DNA of 64,000 nt from Eledone cirrhosa (taxonomy: Eukaryota), in the NCBI GenBank assembly GCA_964016885.1, contig OZ024745.1, positions 31,558,001 through 31,622,000 on the forward strand. The letters are read 5' to 3'. Shown here piece by piece: positions 1-12,601 of this stretch. Position 1 is the first letter of the stretch, and each line of letters begins with the position of its first letter. The position numbers were made by a program, and so were the translations under genes. The notes under the pieces are model-generated. The model had not been told where the DNA came from. It did not search any database and worked only from the letters and a program-made list of their open reading frames with translations.

Positions 1-1499
1 TGCCACTCTGAAACCACTTATTTTGTGTTGATTGAACTATTCTAGGTATATCGACTCGTGTTGTCTTCCTGAAAATACAATGATAGGTTCTTAATATATA
101 TATGATATACACATAACCAGGTGTTTCCGAATTGATAAACTCCACATGCATTTGCTTGTTTGTAACCCTAAACAAGTGTGACGACTTGTGTTGTCTTCCT
201 GCGAATATGATATCAATAGATTCCTTATATATATTATATTAGGAATCTATCGATGTCATATTCGCAGCTGATAATGTGTATATTGTACACATATATATGT
301 ACTATATATACACATTACCAGCTGTTTACAAATAGAAAAACTCCACATGCATTTCCTTGTTTGTCATCCTAAGCATATATGTATGTTTATATTACACGTT
401 TTCATCTATTGAAAACAACTAGTAAAAAATAAAATTATTTCGTAAAATGGTGCTTAAATATGTTCCTCCTCCTTCTTCAATAGATACAGCTACATTTTCA
501 ATTTACACTTTTTAGGTGATTTAATTATTTAAATGAGAAAATCTGATATTAAGAAGACAGAATAAATCGTAAAACAAATGCATTCATGTCAACATAAATC
601 TGAGAAGGCCTCTTCATTCAAAGAAAAAGTCCTCTTGTCCACTTACGACATTGACTATTATATAGAAAAGCAACTCTACATGACTACCTGCATCTCTTGG
701 ATAATGAAAAAAAATAAGAACTCTACAAAAAATAAACTTCCAACAATAATTTTGTTCCTAAATATAATTGGATATTTTTCGAAAGAAAATAAATACTACT
801 TACGAAGAGATTTTGCAGGAAAAATACTGCATAGATAATATAATACAGACAATTGGCTAAATATCGCAAGCGACAGCCATTTTTGTTACTGAACTTATTT
901 CGAATTCCCGGAAGTATGTAAGGGAGACAATTATTTGGTTAATATTCAGCTTTACATGGTATTCTTTATGGAGAATTTTCTGTTTGATATTTCTAAAATT
1001 ATTGCTTCATTTTAAAATTTACACAAAAAAGAACTAGAATATTTAATTAAAATATTGCTGCGTTTTACTTGTTTATAGTACTAATTTTTTAATATCAATT
1101 TGGATTATCTCCCTTAATTTCTTAAGCCGACTTCTAAGCTGTTTCTTATCCAGTCTCTTATTGATGTTTATTTTCATTACTTGGTGAGCGAATAACACTA
1201 TATTATCACATGCACTACACATACCTACTTTGATTACTAATAAAAATTGAAGCTGTTATTAAAAAAACAAACATTATCCCAAGAGTTACTTGACGCCGCG
1301 TTAAACAACGATGTATCAAAAATAAGATTTTGAAAAGAAATAAAACAATAGAAATTTATCAGAGAAAAATAAAACTGGACAAGACATGTACATACAATTC
1401 AAGGGCGGTGGAAGCATTTCTGATTGTGGGGGTGGGTAAATTTGGTCAATTTAGATGTAGTGATTAGTTTAGCTGTTTAAAATACTGTTTCAGTCTTTA

Positions 1500-1700
1500 T
1501 TCACTGTTGTATAAAAAGAAATATAATAATACAATATTTACAGAACGAAAGCACAAACAAATATAATATTAAAAAAAAACCCACTGAAGCGATCACATAC
1601 AACAAAAAGCAGGCGAAAAGGGTGGGCAACCGAGCCGCTACCAAAGTAAAAGATAACAGTATCGCGAGGAGCACTGGGAAACCTCTCCAATAATTTTTTA
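1500..1700 (-). mobile_element. 3' UTR fragment of a CRE-like non-LTR element (paralog of 36060-36270)
   Basis: About 1615-1695 aligns by eye with 36065-36145 (caaccgagc...cgcgaggag..cgggcaacctctc), which lies just downstream of a CRE-like C-terminus. Confidence 0.5.
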
Positions 1701-1707
1701 TGCAAAC

Positions 1708-1910
1708 CTCCAGAAGAACCTTGATAGAATTGGAATCAGTCCCAGCATTACGACATTGCAGAAAACAATATATTTGAGAGCAGCAAATATCCTGCAGAAA
1801 GTACTGTCTATCTGAGGTTACATAACTTGATAGGGAGTCAAATGATCCAGTGTTAATAAGATCATCACTGTGCAAACGAATAATAGTAATAACGACAACA
1901 ACAATAATAG
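1708..1910 (+). mobile_element. 3' end of an R4/Dong-like (REL endonuclease) non-LTR retrotransposon
   Basis: 1708-1815 reads LQKNLDRIGISPSITTLQKTIYLRAANILQKVLSI*, matching the LQKxxLLGTAxILRxVL C-terminus of R4/Dong elements, followed by a short UTR and an (AAT/AAC)n tail. Confidence 0.6.
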
Positions 1911-2464
1911 ACCTAAAATATACAATCCTCAAGTGCTGGAAAAAACTATTTGGCATGGTCATTATCTTTCTAATTGTTATTGGAATCTCGGGAACCATGA
2001 CAAAGAATTTGAAAATATACACTGGAAACTCGACCTGAATTTGGCAGTGCTTTTCACATTTTTGGCAGGGGTTTTTTTTTTCTGGCTGGATGCCCTTCCT
2101 ATCACCAACCACTTTACAGCATGGACTGGGTGTATTATTTGTGCCACCACCAATAGTGAGGTTGTCTTACTTGACTCAATAGTCCTCTCCATTCGGTATC
2201 AGTGGTACAGTGGAAATATGTTATTTAATTGAATCAACATGGATCTAGTAGTGATACAATGGAAATAAGGTGTTTAATTGGATCAACAAGAATAATGTAG
2301 AAAGTACCTGACATAAAGTGACGACAGCTATGAACAAACATGGAAAGACCTTAATAGGAGAAAGTACAATGGTGCTTTTGATTCTGGACCATGGGTTGTG
2401 GTTTAAAAGGACCTGTACTTATACTGGCCACAACATCAATACTGAGTAACAGCACTACTACTAG

Positions 2465-2680
2465 GGTAGTGGATTGACAGTATTGGTGGAGCATCAGACA
2501 CCATGCTTTGCAGCATAGAGTTATGCCCCTTTACAATCTGAGTTCAAATCCGACCAAGGCTAGCTAGGCCTTTCATCCTTATTTTAGGTTGATAAAATAA
2601 AGCACCAGTAATTGATTTTCCCCTTCCACCAAATTGCTGGCCTTGTGCCTAAAGTAGAAACAATTATTACTACTACTACC
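2465..2680 (+). mobile_element. tRNA-derived SINE (main family in this window), degenerate
   Basis: Pol III B-box GAGTTCAAATCC, body gcctttcatcc...gataaaataaag, 3' end tgctggccttgtgcctaaagtagaaacaattatt shared with more than ten copies in the window. Confidence 0.85.
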
Positions 2681-2964
2681 TGTGTATCTTTTTAGAAGTT
2701 TATAGGACTATATTAGTCAAAGTCCTATTTTTTAAGATGGCACTGTAGAATTTGAGGAAAATTTTGTTGTTATTTCTAGCAGGTCGTGTGACAACATAGA
2801 TATATATAGACAAGTCCCTTGTTGATTTGCCACACATGGTAATTGTTGTTGATGATGTGTTCCCCTGGTCAGACCTAATCATGCAAACCTATGGCACATA
2901 GGTAGTTTGGGTAAACAACTTGGTGCAATTCATACATTCAGTCTACAAAAATCTAAAGGCTCGT

Positions 2965-3200
2965 TAGGCTGGTTTCATGGCATGAAGCGACTGAGAGTAC
3001 AAGACTCTCCACTGGACAGGACACCGGTCTATTGTAGGGTTAAACCCGCAGCTATTGCTGGTACTCATTTTCAGCTGAGCATGCTGGTGCAATGTGAAAT
3101 GAAGTGATTTGCTCAAGAACACAACAAACAACCCAGGAATGGAACCCACAACATTATGATTGTAAGTCCAATGCCCTTACCACTAGGTCATGTGCCTCTA
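2965..3200 (-). mobile_element. second tRNA-derived SINE family with CORE/V-like central domain
   Basis: Minus strand gaggcacatgacctagtggtaagggc (A-box)...gggttccattcc (B-box)...gtgttcttgagcaaatcacttc; related copy at about 42900-43165. Confidence 0.7.
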
Positions 3201-3449
3201 CTATACATTCAGTGCTTCATATTTATATCATTCTGGTTAATTGAGGGAGGACTATCATTAGGGATTTTATGTTTTAGTCTGGCCATTGTACATTTCTTCT
3301 CCTGTCCAGCCTAGTTTGTAGGGGCCACAGTGAAGTGTTATTGGTGGTGGTGGTCATTTATCTTACATGGAAGAGGTTGTTTAGTACCAGATCAACTCTG
3401 ATGGAGCAGACCTATGATCAAAGGGATTCAGGTTGTAACCACTCATCGT

Positions 3450-3730
3450 TTAGGGGGTAGCAGACTACATTATTTAGTGGGTGTCTTGCACTACATTATT
3501 TAGGGGGTATCAGACTACATTATTTAGGGGTATCAGACTACAATCCCGCCGAGGTTGACTTTGCCTTTCATCCTTACGGGGTCGATAAAATAAAGTACCA
3601 GTAATGTACTGGATAATTGCTGGCCTTGTGCCTAAAGTAGAAACAATTATTTAGGGGTGTCTTGGACTACATTATTTAGAGGTATCTTGGACTACATTAT
3701 TTAGGGGGTAGCTTGGACTACATTATTCAA
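3450..3730 (+). repeat. about 24-bp minisatellite (gactacattatttagggggtatc) interrupted by a 5'-truncated SINE (3543-3650)
   Basis: Unit visible about 7 times on both sides of the SINE fragment. Confidence 0.8.
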
Positions 3731-4562
3731 TATATTTCGTTATTTAAGATGGTTGAGTATGACTTGAGGGAGATTTGGCTGCTATTTCTTGCAAGACTAG
3801 CTGCTACATTAAAGCTTCCATCTTATCTGGAATGGTTTATTCTTAGATATATAACCATTCTCATCATATGACCTACAGTGACGTAACTAAATGAAATGAT
3901 TAACATTTAACTATCTTATCACTCAGAAATTTAAGTTAAACAAAATCTGAAAACCTAAAATACAAAAATTATCTGACGGAATGGTTGTAAAATATGCCAT
4001 TAATGAATTTGTTTGTTTCTAAATAAATTAATGTTTTCATAAGAAAATTATTTGCATGCTTAAAAGAATTTTAACTTTATTATATCTATTTAGTTTTCTT
4101 TTTTATATATTTCTTTCACCCGATCAGATATAAGTTAAACAGCTGTATGAAATAGTAGTGTTTCATATATTTACATATATCGCTATCTTTCTATCAGTTC
4201 TCCTCATCTTGTATTCTGTGTTTACCATTTAATTCCATATCTCTTATTCATCTCAGCACAATTAGAAATAAGTATGTCAATTATACATTTACTGACACAG
4301 AACTTGTCGATTATTTCACCCTAAATAAACATATTTCCTCAGTTATACATATGAATGCTGAAATAAAAAACTTAAACAATGTCCTATCTTTAAATAGTTT
4401 ATTTTTGCTACCTTTTTTTAAAAAAAAAGCAGTGTTGGCAGAGTTTGATTTAGACTGGAAGGGGGTGGTGGTGCTCATATACAACAAATTAGAATACACA
4501 GCAAACCCCACAATTTTACATATCAAAGTTAGCTTGGCGCCAGTATTTGGAATTGAAAAGTT

Positions 4563-6125
4563 ATCATCACCGTTTTACGTCGATTCTTCCATGCTAGCAT
4601 GAGTTAGACAGGTTGTCCTGTTGTGGGCAATGTTAGGTCGGCTGACCTAGTCTTGTTCATATGGGAACTGGTTTTGTCTTGATTTCTACAGCTGGATGCC
4701 CTTCCTAACACCAACCTCATTTACAGTGAGTGCTGGGTGCTTTTTTTCCGTGGCACCTACACGTCCACTTTACAGTGTAGTCTGGGTGCTTTTTTGTTGT
4801 GACACCTCCACGACCACTTTGCAGTGGGAGGGGATGGGGGCATATTGCCTATATGCTTCAGCTTCGGCTTGTACCCGTGAGGGATCGGGTCTTCTGTATT
4901 ACTGCATGACGCCAGAGATCATAGTCCTGTGTCATCGCCGTTGAGAGGTGCAATTAGGCATGGTCCACTTCTATCACCTCGTTCCAGGTCTTCTTGGGTC
5001 CCCCCACTCCACGGCTTCCATCAACTTCTAGTCCTCTGCACCTTTTTATGCAGCTGTCATCCTTCATACGCATCACATGTCCATACCAACACATCCTCCT
5101 CTCCTGCACACAACATTTGATTCCTCTTATGTTCAGAGTCTACTTATGAGGACCTTGGTCTTTGCCAGGTTGACTTTGAGCCCCCTTCTTTCTAATCCCT
5201 GCTTCCATGTTTGGAATTTCTTCTTTAGTTCCGCCATAGATTCAGCTATAAGTGTAAGATCATCTGCATACAGAAGTTCCCATGGGCATCTGGACTTAAA
5301 CTCCTCTGTTATAGCCTGCAGGAGAGGGCCAAGAACAGAGCCCTGGTGGACACTGACCTGTGTGCTAAATTCCTCACTATAGTCATTGTTAACCCTAACT
5401 TTGCTGACTGCTCCCCTATATATGGCTTGTATAGCTTTCACAAGCCATTCATCTACTCCTTGTTTTCTAAGAGCCCACCAGATTATAGCACAGGGCACTC
5501 TATCGAAGGCTTTTTCCAGATCGACATGCCAGGTAGAGCGGTTTACTTTTAGCTAGGTACTTTTCCTGTAACTGCCTCACAAGGAAGAGAGCACCAGTGG
5601 TGCTTTTTCCTGGCACAAACCCAAACTGCATTGCATCTAGTTTTACCTGGTCCATCAGCTTTATACCTCTATAGTTTCCTCTATCTAGTGCATCTTCTTT
5701 ACCCTTGTAGCAGATGATGATGCTGCTGCACCAATCCTTTGGTATGACACCCTCTTGTATTGCTTGGTTAACAATATGTGGTGATGGTGTGGCCTACCGA
5801 CCCAGATGCTTTCAGAATCTCGGCAGCTACACCTGATGGACCAGTTGCCTTCCCCGTCTTCATATCTTTAATTGCCTTGCTGACTTGTACTGCTGGCTCT
5901 TCTATAGGATCCACTTGGGGTAGAGTCTCTTTCTCCCATGCATTCTCCTCATTTAGTAATCTTTCATAATGGCTCTTCCATGAGGCTTTCTTCTCGGCAC
6001 GTGTGAGGGCAAGCTCACCTTTATCATGCTGGACACACTTCTCTCCAATGACATCTCAATTTTCTCTAACACACTGCTTCACAATCCTGAACACATGTTT
6101 CTGGTCCTCACGCTGCAAAACATGC
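4563..6125 (-). mobile_element. RTE-clade LINE, 5'-truncated and internally deleted
   Basis: ORF 5133-5498 has IWWALRKQGV, VHQGSVLGPLL, ELLYADDL, GLKVNLAKTKV; same family as the 24.3-27.9 kb copy; RTE-type 3' tail at 4563-4820. Confidence 0.92.
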
Positions 6126-6408
6126 TGGATATATACAAGTATTAAATTCAAAAATTCTAACCATCTTAAAACTAAAATGCCCAGATGAGGGCACAAATAA
6201 GTTGCTATGACTGTTGCTGGTGGGTGCTCTGTCACTGCAGGGGGCCCAGGGCAATTGCTCCCTTCGTCCTCCATTAAATCCAACCCTGAGTGTTGGAATA
6301 GAGAAATTTCCAGATATCATTTAATCAATTTAAAAGAGATGTAAATGATTAACTCCCACTATTGGCCTGACATTGGAATAAGATAGCATTATAACTGTTT
6401 TATAGTTA

Positions 6409-6755
6409 CCATATATACTTGAATATAAGTCGACCCCAGTGTTGGATTTAGGACAAATGAGGCCCTGTGTTAGTTAAGTTATGAGGCTCTATTCTTGGGG
6501 CCCTGAAGGAGTTTTTTTTGCAGGAAGATCCCCCCCCCCCCTCCCTCTGTCCCGGCCAACGGGGCTCTGTGCTTAAGAAAACCTAAGCATAATGATTTAT
6601 CCAGCATTGGTTTATTTTATTCCTGAGAAATGGGGGAAAATCCTAACCTTACTTATGTAGAATTTGATGCTGGTGAAAATCGTCAAAATATTGACCCTGA
6701 ATATAAACTGACTTTTTGGTCACATATTCTTTGGCTTATATTTGAGTATATATGG
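6409..6755. mobile_element. Tc1/mariner (Tc2/Kanga-like) MITE
   Basis: TIRs ccatatatacttgaatataag / cttatatttgagtatatatgg, each flanked by TA (6407-6408, 6756-6757). Confidence 0.75.
6437..6609. mobile_element. hAT-like MITE nested in the previous MITE
   Basis: Imperfect TIRs cagtgttggattta / tttatccagcattg and ggggccc subterminal motifs; a related end (taaatccaaccctg) lies at about 6275-6288. Confidence 0.55.
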
Positions 6756-7239
6756 TAAGTAGTTCTTGCCATAACATTTTCTGCCATTTAATAAGTTGTT
6801 ACTACCTGCATATGTATGAGTGTGTGTGTGTGTGTGTGTGTGTGTAGGAATGTATGTATGTGTGTATGTAAGTGTGTGTGTGTGTAGGAATGTATGTATG
6901 TGTGTATGTAAGTGTGTGTGTGGGTATGTATGTTAAAACACACAGCATACACTCTTTATCATTGTTTGTTGAGCAAATATATTTATTTATTATTTACAAT
7001 TAATGATTATAACTTTATAACATAAAACGTTTCAATTTTGAAATTCAAGCAGCTTCTTAATTATAAAAGTAATATTATGAAACCAATACAAAAATAACAA
7101 TTTCTAATTTAAGCACAAGACCAGCAATTTATTGGGAGTGGGTGGGTGATTATATCAAACCCAGTCTATAACTGGTACATTATTTTATCAGCTTCGAAAG
7201 GATGGAACAAATACAAGAGATATAGTGGGATCACGGAAG

Positions 7240-7870
7240 GCTCACAAAAAATGTAGATTTTTGCAGAGGAATAGTTGGTATGAGCATTAGAGAAATAAAC
7301 TTTTTTGAATCCAAAGAAAAAAGGTTCCATAGAAGTAGTTGATAGTTTCTGTTACCTAGGCATCCTAATTAATAGTGGAGGAAAGGGCTCTGAAAGCATA
7401 GTAACTAGAATATGAAGAGGGTGGAAAGAGTTTCAGGGATCGCCTATCTCTGTAGGCAACAAAGGAATTCTCTCTTCAAGCAAATAGTACATTGTATGAT
7501 GCCTTTGAATGTAGTACAATGCACCACTGTAGTGAGACATAGGCACTGAATGCAAACAATGGGAAACAATTAATCAAGCATACTCAGTTGGATGTGTAAC
7601 ATTAATGTGCATGAGCAATGAAGCACAGATGAGATGAAGGGAAAACTAAATGTACAAGGAATTAGCTGTAATGTGCAGGAGAGAAGATTATGTTGGTATG
7701 GACATATTATGCATAGTGATGTCTCAAATGGAAGGATGTTGCAGAAGAAAAAGATCAAAGATGACTTGGGCAGGAGTGATAAAAGCTGATTCTATGATTC
7801 TGAACCTCAACAAGATGACAAAGGTAAGAAACAAGTTGAGAGATGCTGTACTGGTAAGGACTTGTCTAAT
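7240..7870 (+). mobile_element. old RTE LINE 3' fragment
   Basis: Degenerate homolog of 26850-27440 (SIEVVDSFCYLG, WMCNINVHEQ-like segments). Confidence 0.75.
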
Positions 7871-8147
7871 ACATACAAATATGAATAATGTACAGTTTGC
7901 AGACAACTCACGGCTATTTAGGAATTGTATCAACATGTTGGATATGATGGAGGTTCCCCCATCTAAATTAATAATCAATGGCATGACAAAAATAGGGAAA
8001 AGATAAGTTAGACACTTACTAACTGTAGAAATATTTGTATAATAGCATTTATAGATTAATGGAAAATGAGAAAATTTATAGTTGTAGAAGCAAAAGTACA
8101 CAGCAGATGATCAACTAAAAGATTCTCTGAACCAGGTTTATATGGTA

Positions 8148-8519
8148 CTAGTTGGCCCGCCTGGCTAGGTATACCAGCATTTTATCTTTTCAGAAAAAAA
8201 TATACCGCACGCCCTCTCAAGTTGGGGGGTTAACGTGTTCTGATGTTGGGTTTGAATAGTTAAAAATCGGACTCAGTTTTGCAAGGATCTGTATGGTGTA
8301 ATGCAATGTGATGCTGTAATGCAATGTGGATGCAATCAGCTTGTGAACTCACCTGCTCCAATCTGGCTTGTTCTGTCTGTGTTGCTCACCTGCCTGCTGC
8401 ACGGGACCTCAGTTGCTGAAGGCGAGACTGGTGCTGCTCTTGAGACTGCAAATTTGGTGGTGTTTGGTCCAGCCGTTTGGCAAAAAGTTTGTTACATACT
8501 GTCAGCTTTATATTATAGA
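8148..8519 (-). mobile_element. non-autonomous Helitron-like element
   Basis: On the minus strand it starts A|TCTATAATATAAAG and ends GC-rich subterminal segment + CTAG|T, i.e. the TC...CTRR termini and A^T target of Helitrons. Confidence 0.55.
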
Positions 8520-8739
8520 TATATGAGGAAGAGGAAAATTTGATCCCCCAACGTGGGATTTTATCATTTAAAAAACATTTTCCATGGTTGTCTTTTATTA
8601 TCAATATTTAATGAACTGGACTTGTCATCACACACACTTTATGTACTTATACACAAATACACATTAGCAAAGCAACCATGTATAGTAAAAGCAAAAAGAG
8701 ATCCATTTGACATATTAAATGAAGAACCCAAACAACAAT

Positions 8740-9272
8740 TATATGGTTGTCATCCATCACCATGTGGTGAACATGATCAATATTTTCCTCAGTGGTGGCA
8801 GTTATAGGACATGTGGTGAACATGATCAATATTTTCCTCAGTGGTGGCAGTTACAGGACATGTGGTGAACATGATCAATATTTTCCTCAGTGGTGGCAGT
8901 TACAGGACATCCAGACTGTGGGTCATCTTCAAGACTCCCCCTTTCCCTCATAAATTCAGCTGTCCACTTTTTCACTATTGATAAAGTTGGAGCATCACCC
9001 CTAATATAGCAACTATGTCAATTTGAATGTCTTTGGGGTCTAAACCCTTTTCCTGAAGGTACTTGATAATACCACAATGCCCAATTTTGTCCGTTTTCAA
9101 GGAGTCACTACTATTTCATTTTGAAGTCTTTTTCAAACAGTCAGATGTCAGTTTACTTGGAAAGAAACAATGCAGTTATTAATAAGAAGAGTTGCAATAA
9201 ATGCATGTGAGATTTCACAGCTCTAGCATCAATCCTTCATAGATAGTCTATGAATTTTTAGCCCACCCTCAT
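8740..9272 (-). mobile_element. mariner transposon 5' relic (left TIR and N-terminal transposase)
   Basis: TIR tatgagggtgggctaaaaattcataga at about 9243-9272; translation IVKKWTAEFMRERGSLEDDPQSGCPVTATTEENIDHVHHM matches the mariner HTH WxxxF..GR.S.ED.PRSGRP region. Confidence 0.8.
8761..8910. repeat. 49-bp tandem repeat, 3 copies, inside the mariner relic
   Basis: catgtggtgaacatgatcaatattttcctcagtggtggcagtta(t/c)agga at 8761, 8810 and 8859. Confidence 0.95.
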
Positions 9273-9419
9273 AATTCTTCACTGTTTTGAGGTATAGATA
9301 GCTCTTCAAGAGAAGAATCAGGATGTAAACCCCACCTCTGCCACCATGTAAAATTTCATAACAAAAGAGGTTAATAGATAGATTATATTTATATTGTACT
9401 ATCTTTGGTAGCTTTAACA

Positions 9420-9720
9420 AAAATCAAAATGGTAGAATCATTCTCTGATTTTGATTCATCACAAACTAAAAAAAAAAAAAAAAATCTTCCAAATATGAAA
9501 AGGTACCTTTAAAATTATTTTCATTGATAACATGCTGAAGCATGGATACACCATTTGTAATGCTAACAGGAATTGAATAAATTGCTAAAGACCTCCAACT
9601 GCTAGGAAAACTGTATGGTCTTTCAACAGATATAAAACCAATTTGATAAGTGCTACTGTTTTCTATTTTGGTCTCTATATGTTTTGGTTGCTATAATATT
9701 GACCAGATTATCTCACTATT
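9420..9720 (-). pseudogene. highly degenerate Gypsy reverse-transcriptase relic
   Basis: Minus strand IPVSITNGVSMLQHVINENNFKGTFSYLED resembles Gypsy RT IPFGVTNGV..FQ...KGTFAYLDD. Confidence 0.5.
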
Positions 9721-9984
9721 ATTCAGAGAACTAGATCTTTGGTGTTATGCAGTAATACAGAAGACCCACCCTTAAATGTGCATGGGTTGACGCATTCATT
9801 CTATTATGCACTACTTAACTCCTATCTTCCCTCCTTCCATACACCTACCAATATGGTATTTGCAATATAACATGTGGTCTTGTTGTAAGGGAAAAATGTA
9901 GCCTTACCTACCTCGCAGGTCATTGCCTATCATTGGTCTCTTCTAGATGAGATATATCTGTGAAGGCCCTACCTGCCTAACCTC

Positions 9985-10230
9985 TGGCCAGAAACCTAGG
10001 ATATATTCCTGAGCTCAAATGGCAACATGACAATCAAAGAGAAAGAGATCCACTCCATTTCTGCTTCCGCTTATGTGACATCAATCTGTGAGAGCCCTAC
10101 CTCTGGGCAGAAACCTAGGATATATACCTGAGCTCAAATGGCAACATGACAATCAAAGGGAAAGAGATGACAACATGACAATCAAAGGGAAAGAGATCCA
10201 CTCCATTTCTGCTTCATGCTGTGACGTCAA
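9985..10230. repeat. local duplication of an about 110-bp unit
   Basis: cagaaacctaggatatat.cctgagctcaaatggcaacatgacaatcaaag...gatccactccatttctgcttc occurs twice. Confidence 0.85.
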
Positions 10231-10329
10231 CCCCCCCCCCCTCTTTCCAGCAAGGGATCCAATGATGTCATTAAACCCTATATTTCCAGTAAAGCCTCAT
10301 CCCCCCCCCCCCGGATGTTGTTATTTAAA

Positions 10330-10458
10330 ATTGTTCACAAGCAATTTTATATTAGAACGTTTAAAGATTTTGATTTACATAGGAACCCTTTAAAATGGGT
10401 GGTTGTGTTCTATATGACCAGTGGTGGTTTTGAGCAGTTGGGTATCAAAGGGGTTAAT
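10330..10458 (-). mobile_element. end of a TTAA-target (piggyBac-like) MITE
   Basis: Ends gggtatcaaaggggttaa, the reverse complement of the ttaacccctttgata start of the 48046 element. Confidence 0.55.
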
Positions 10459-11579
10459 AACTGTGTCAATTAATTCTGACGCTGCACTTTAAATTATGTG
10501 AAATCTTCCATCAGCTGTTATTGTCTTGCTCAGCTATTGCTTAACTGCATTTCCAATAATTGGGTTCTATCAACATTTAAATGAAAAACTAAAATAAACT
10601 ACGATAAATAGAATGCTTTACCTTTGCCAATGTATTAGACAATCGTATCACCCCAGAAAAAAAACTAAAACAAAAACAAAATTAATATAAGCAAACAATC
10701 AGGAGTGATGATAACAAAACATTAGCTGGGAGCAAATTATCGAATATTTTCAGAACATGAAATAATCTATTGTTATAATAATACCAAAAAAGTGTTGTGT
10801 AAGTATTATCGTATATTGTTGCTAGCCTAAGGTTCAATGTTTTATAATTGTTCTGAAATAACATTATTGGATGCTGTATCAACTTTTGGAACATACACAG
10901 AATGTAATCAAGATATTATTTCTCTGGGTAGTGGTGGTGATAGTGGCAGACTTTTAAATTCCAATGACAGTTTTCTTAACAGAAATAAAAGAACAACATT
11001 CAACTTGGAATAAAATTCCATTTCGTTTTGGAAACTGGAAACAGCTAAATTGTTAGATTTTTTTAAAAAACTTTGTTTATTTCAACAAATGTATTTTTAA
11101 ATGTCCATTGTTTTGAAAGATTATTTTTGCCCAGCATGCATTGAAAATTGTGAAGGATGCTATATGTGGTGGGAAAAACAATTATCAGAAAGATGGATGG
11201 GCACTGTAATTTCTGAAATAGAAATGGCAATCAAATATTACATCTTTGGAAAGATGGTGCATATGAAGGAAATCGTATTCTTTATATAATCATACAATTT
11301 ATTTTAGATCTGATTGCTTTGATGTTCCATAAATATTCAGATTTTGAATTTACCTTATTTCTGTCTTCTACCTCATCACCATTATGATGGTAATCATTAT
11401 TGTCATTATGATCAGTACCACCACCACCACCACCACCACCAGTCACCACTACTACCTCCTTGATTTTTTCACAGTATCATATAATTATGTAATATGACTT
11501 CATTATTTATTGTTTTGTTATGCCTGTGACTAACACTGACCCCCACCCCACCCACTTGGTCAGTAGAGAAATTATTATG

Positions 11580-11776
11580 AAATAAAATAATAAAAATTAT
11601 TGTGTACAGTGCTCAGGTTTATTACAACTCATCAAAGGTACATTTAGAGTATGGTAGATGCCTGATGGAGGGTATACATTTGGTTGCACATCTCTTAGTT
11701 TCTAGGAGATCATTATTCTGAGCAAGATAGGGGTTCCAGAATTCTAAGTGTGGATGCACCATAGCTATATACAGCT
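11580..11776 (-). mobile_element. CR1-type LINE 3' fragment with internal deletion
   Basis: Reverse complement matches 39599-39750 joined directly to the 3' terminus 40160-40215 of the CR1 element. Confidence 0.8.
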
Positions 11777-12601
11777 TTAAATAGAATAGCAGAAAAACCA
11801 CCCTTCGGGTGGTTTTCTGCTAGCATGTGTAGTGTGCATATTGATATTATACGCAACTATATATGCATGTAGATATGATACATCAAATAAAATCGTAATT
11901 GACAATATACACAGAAATTGAACGAAGACTGCATTACACTGTCTTATGTAATCAGTAACGTAATCCATGATACATTAAAAAAAGACGATATTATATATAA
12001 ACTGCATTAGGAGAAAATTAGTGAAATATATGAATGTTTATTTAAGCGATCGCCAACCGGAAGTGTTGACATTTGAAAATTTTAAAGAAGTGAATCTTAA
12101 AATAAATGACAAAATTATTTTTAATTAATCAAGAATAACGAAATTTAATAGATAAATTATGTAATATTCATTCATTATTTATTCAATGTAATCCAACTTA
12201 TTTTACAAACGGGATAAAAAAATATATTCTGGACCCAGATATGACTAGTCCTTCTTACTTGCGCACATTTTCTATCTTCAGCAACCTCTCACAACAGCAT
12301 TCTAAGTATCTTTCTTCTGAGCATCACAGACCCGACAATTTCTCTAATGTTGGTGCCATGAAAAATGCACCTAATACATTCTGTAAATGGTTGATGATAG
12401 GAAGGACATCCAACTGTAGACACTATGCCAAACAAAGAGTTGAGCTTACTCTTCTGTCTAGAACATGACAATTGATATCACAATAAAATACACCCAGTAA
12501 CTAACTCTGATTAACAACTGACTTTTGCCATGCTGATCCACATAATGGAAGAAACCATTGAAAACAAAGTGTCAATAATGACGACGATGATGTTGTTTAT
12601 G

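Noticed and set aside
1501-2112. 203-aa minus-strand ORF
   Set aside because: Spans several unrelated repeat fragments, so it is a chance frame.
2465-2560. tRNA genes suggested by A/B boxes
   Set aside because: These are SINE heads with no complete cloverleaf, each followed by the SINE body.
10622-10664. Possible 43-nt minus-strand exon (AG...GTAAAG, FFSGVIRLSNTLAK)
   Set aside because: Splice-like signals only; no recognisable homology or partner exons.
11787-11823. Rho-independent terminator
   Set aside because: Eukaryotic repeat context with no upstream gene; a Helitron-type end is more plausible.
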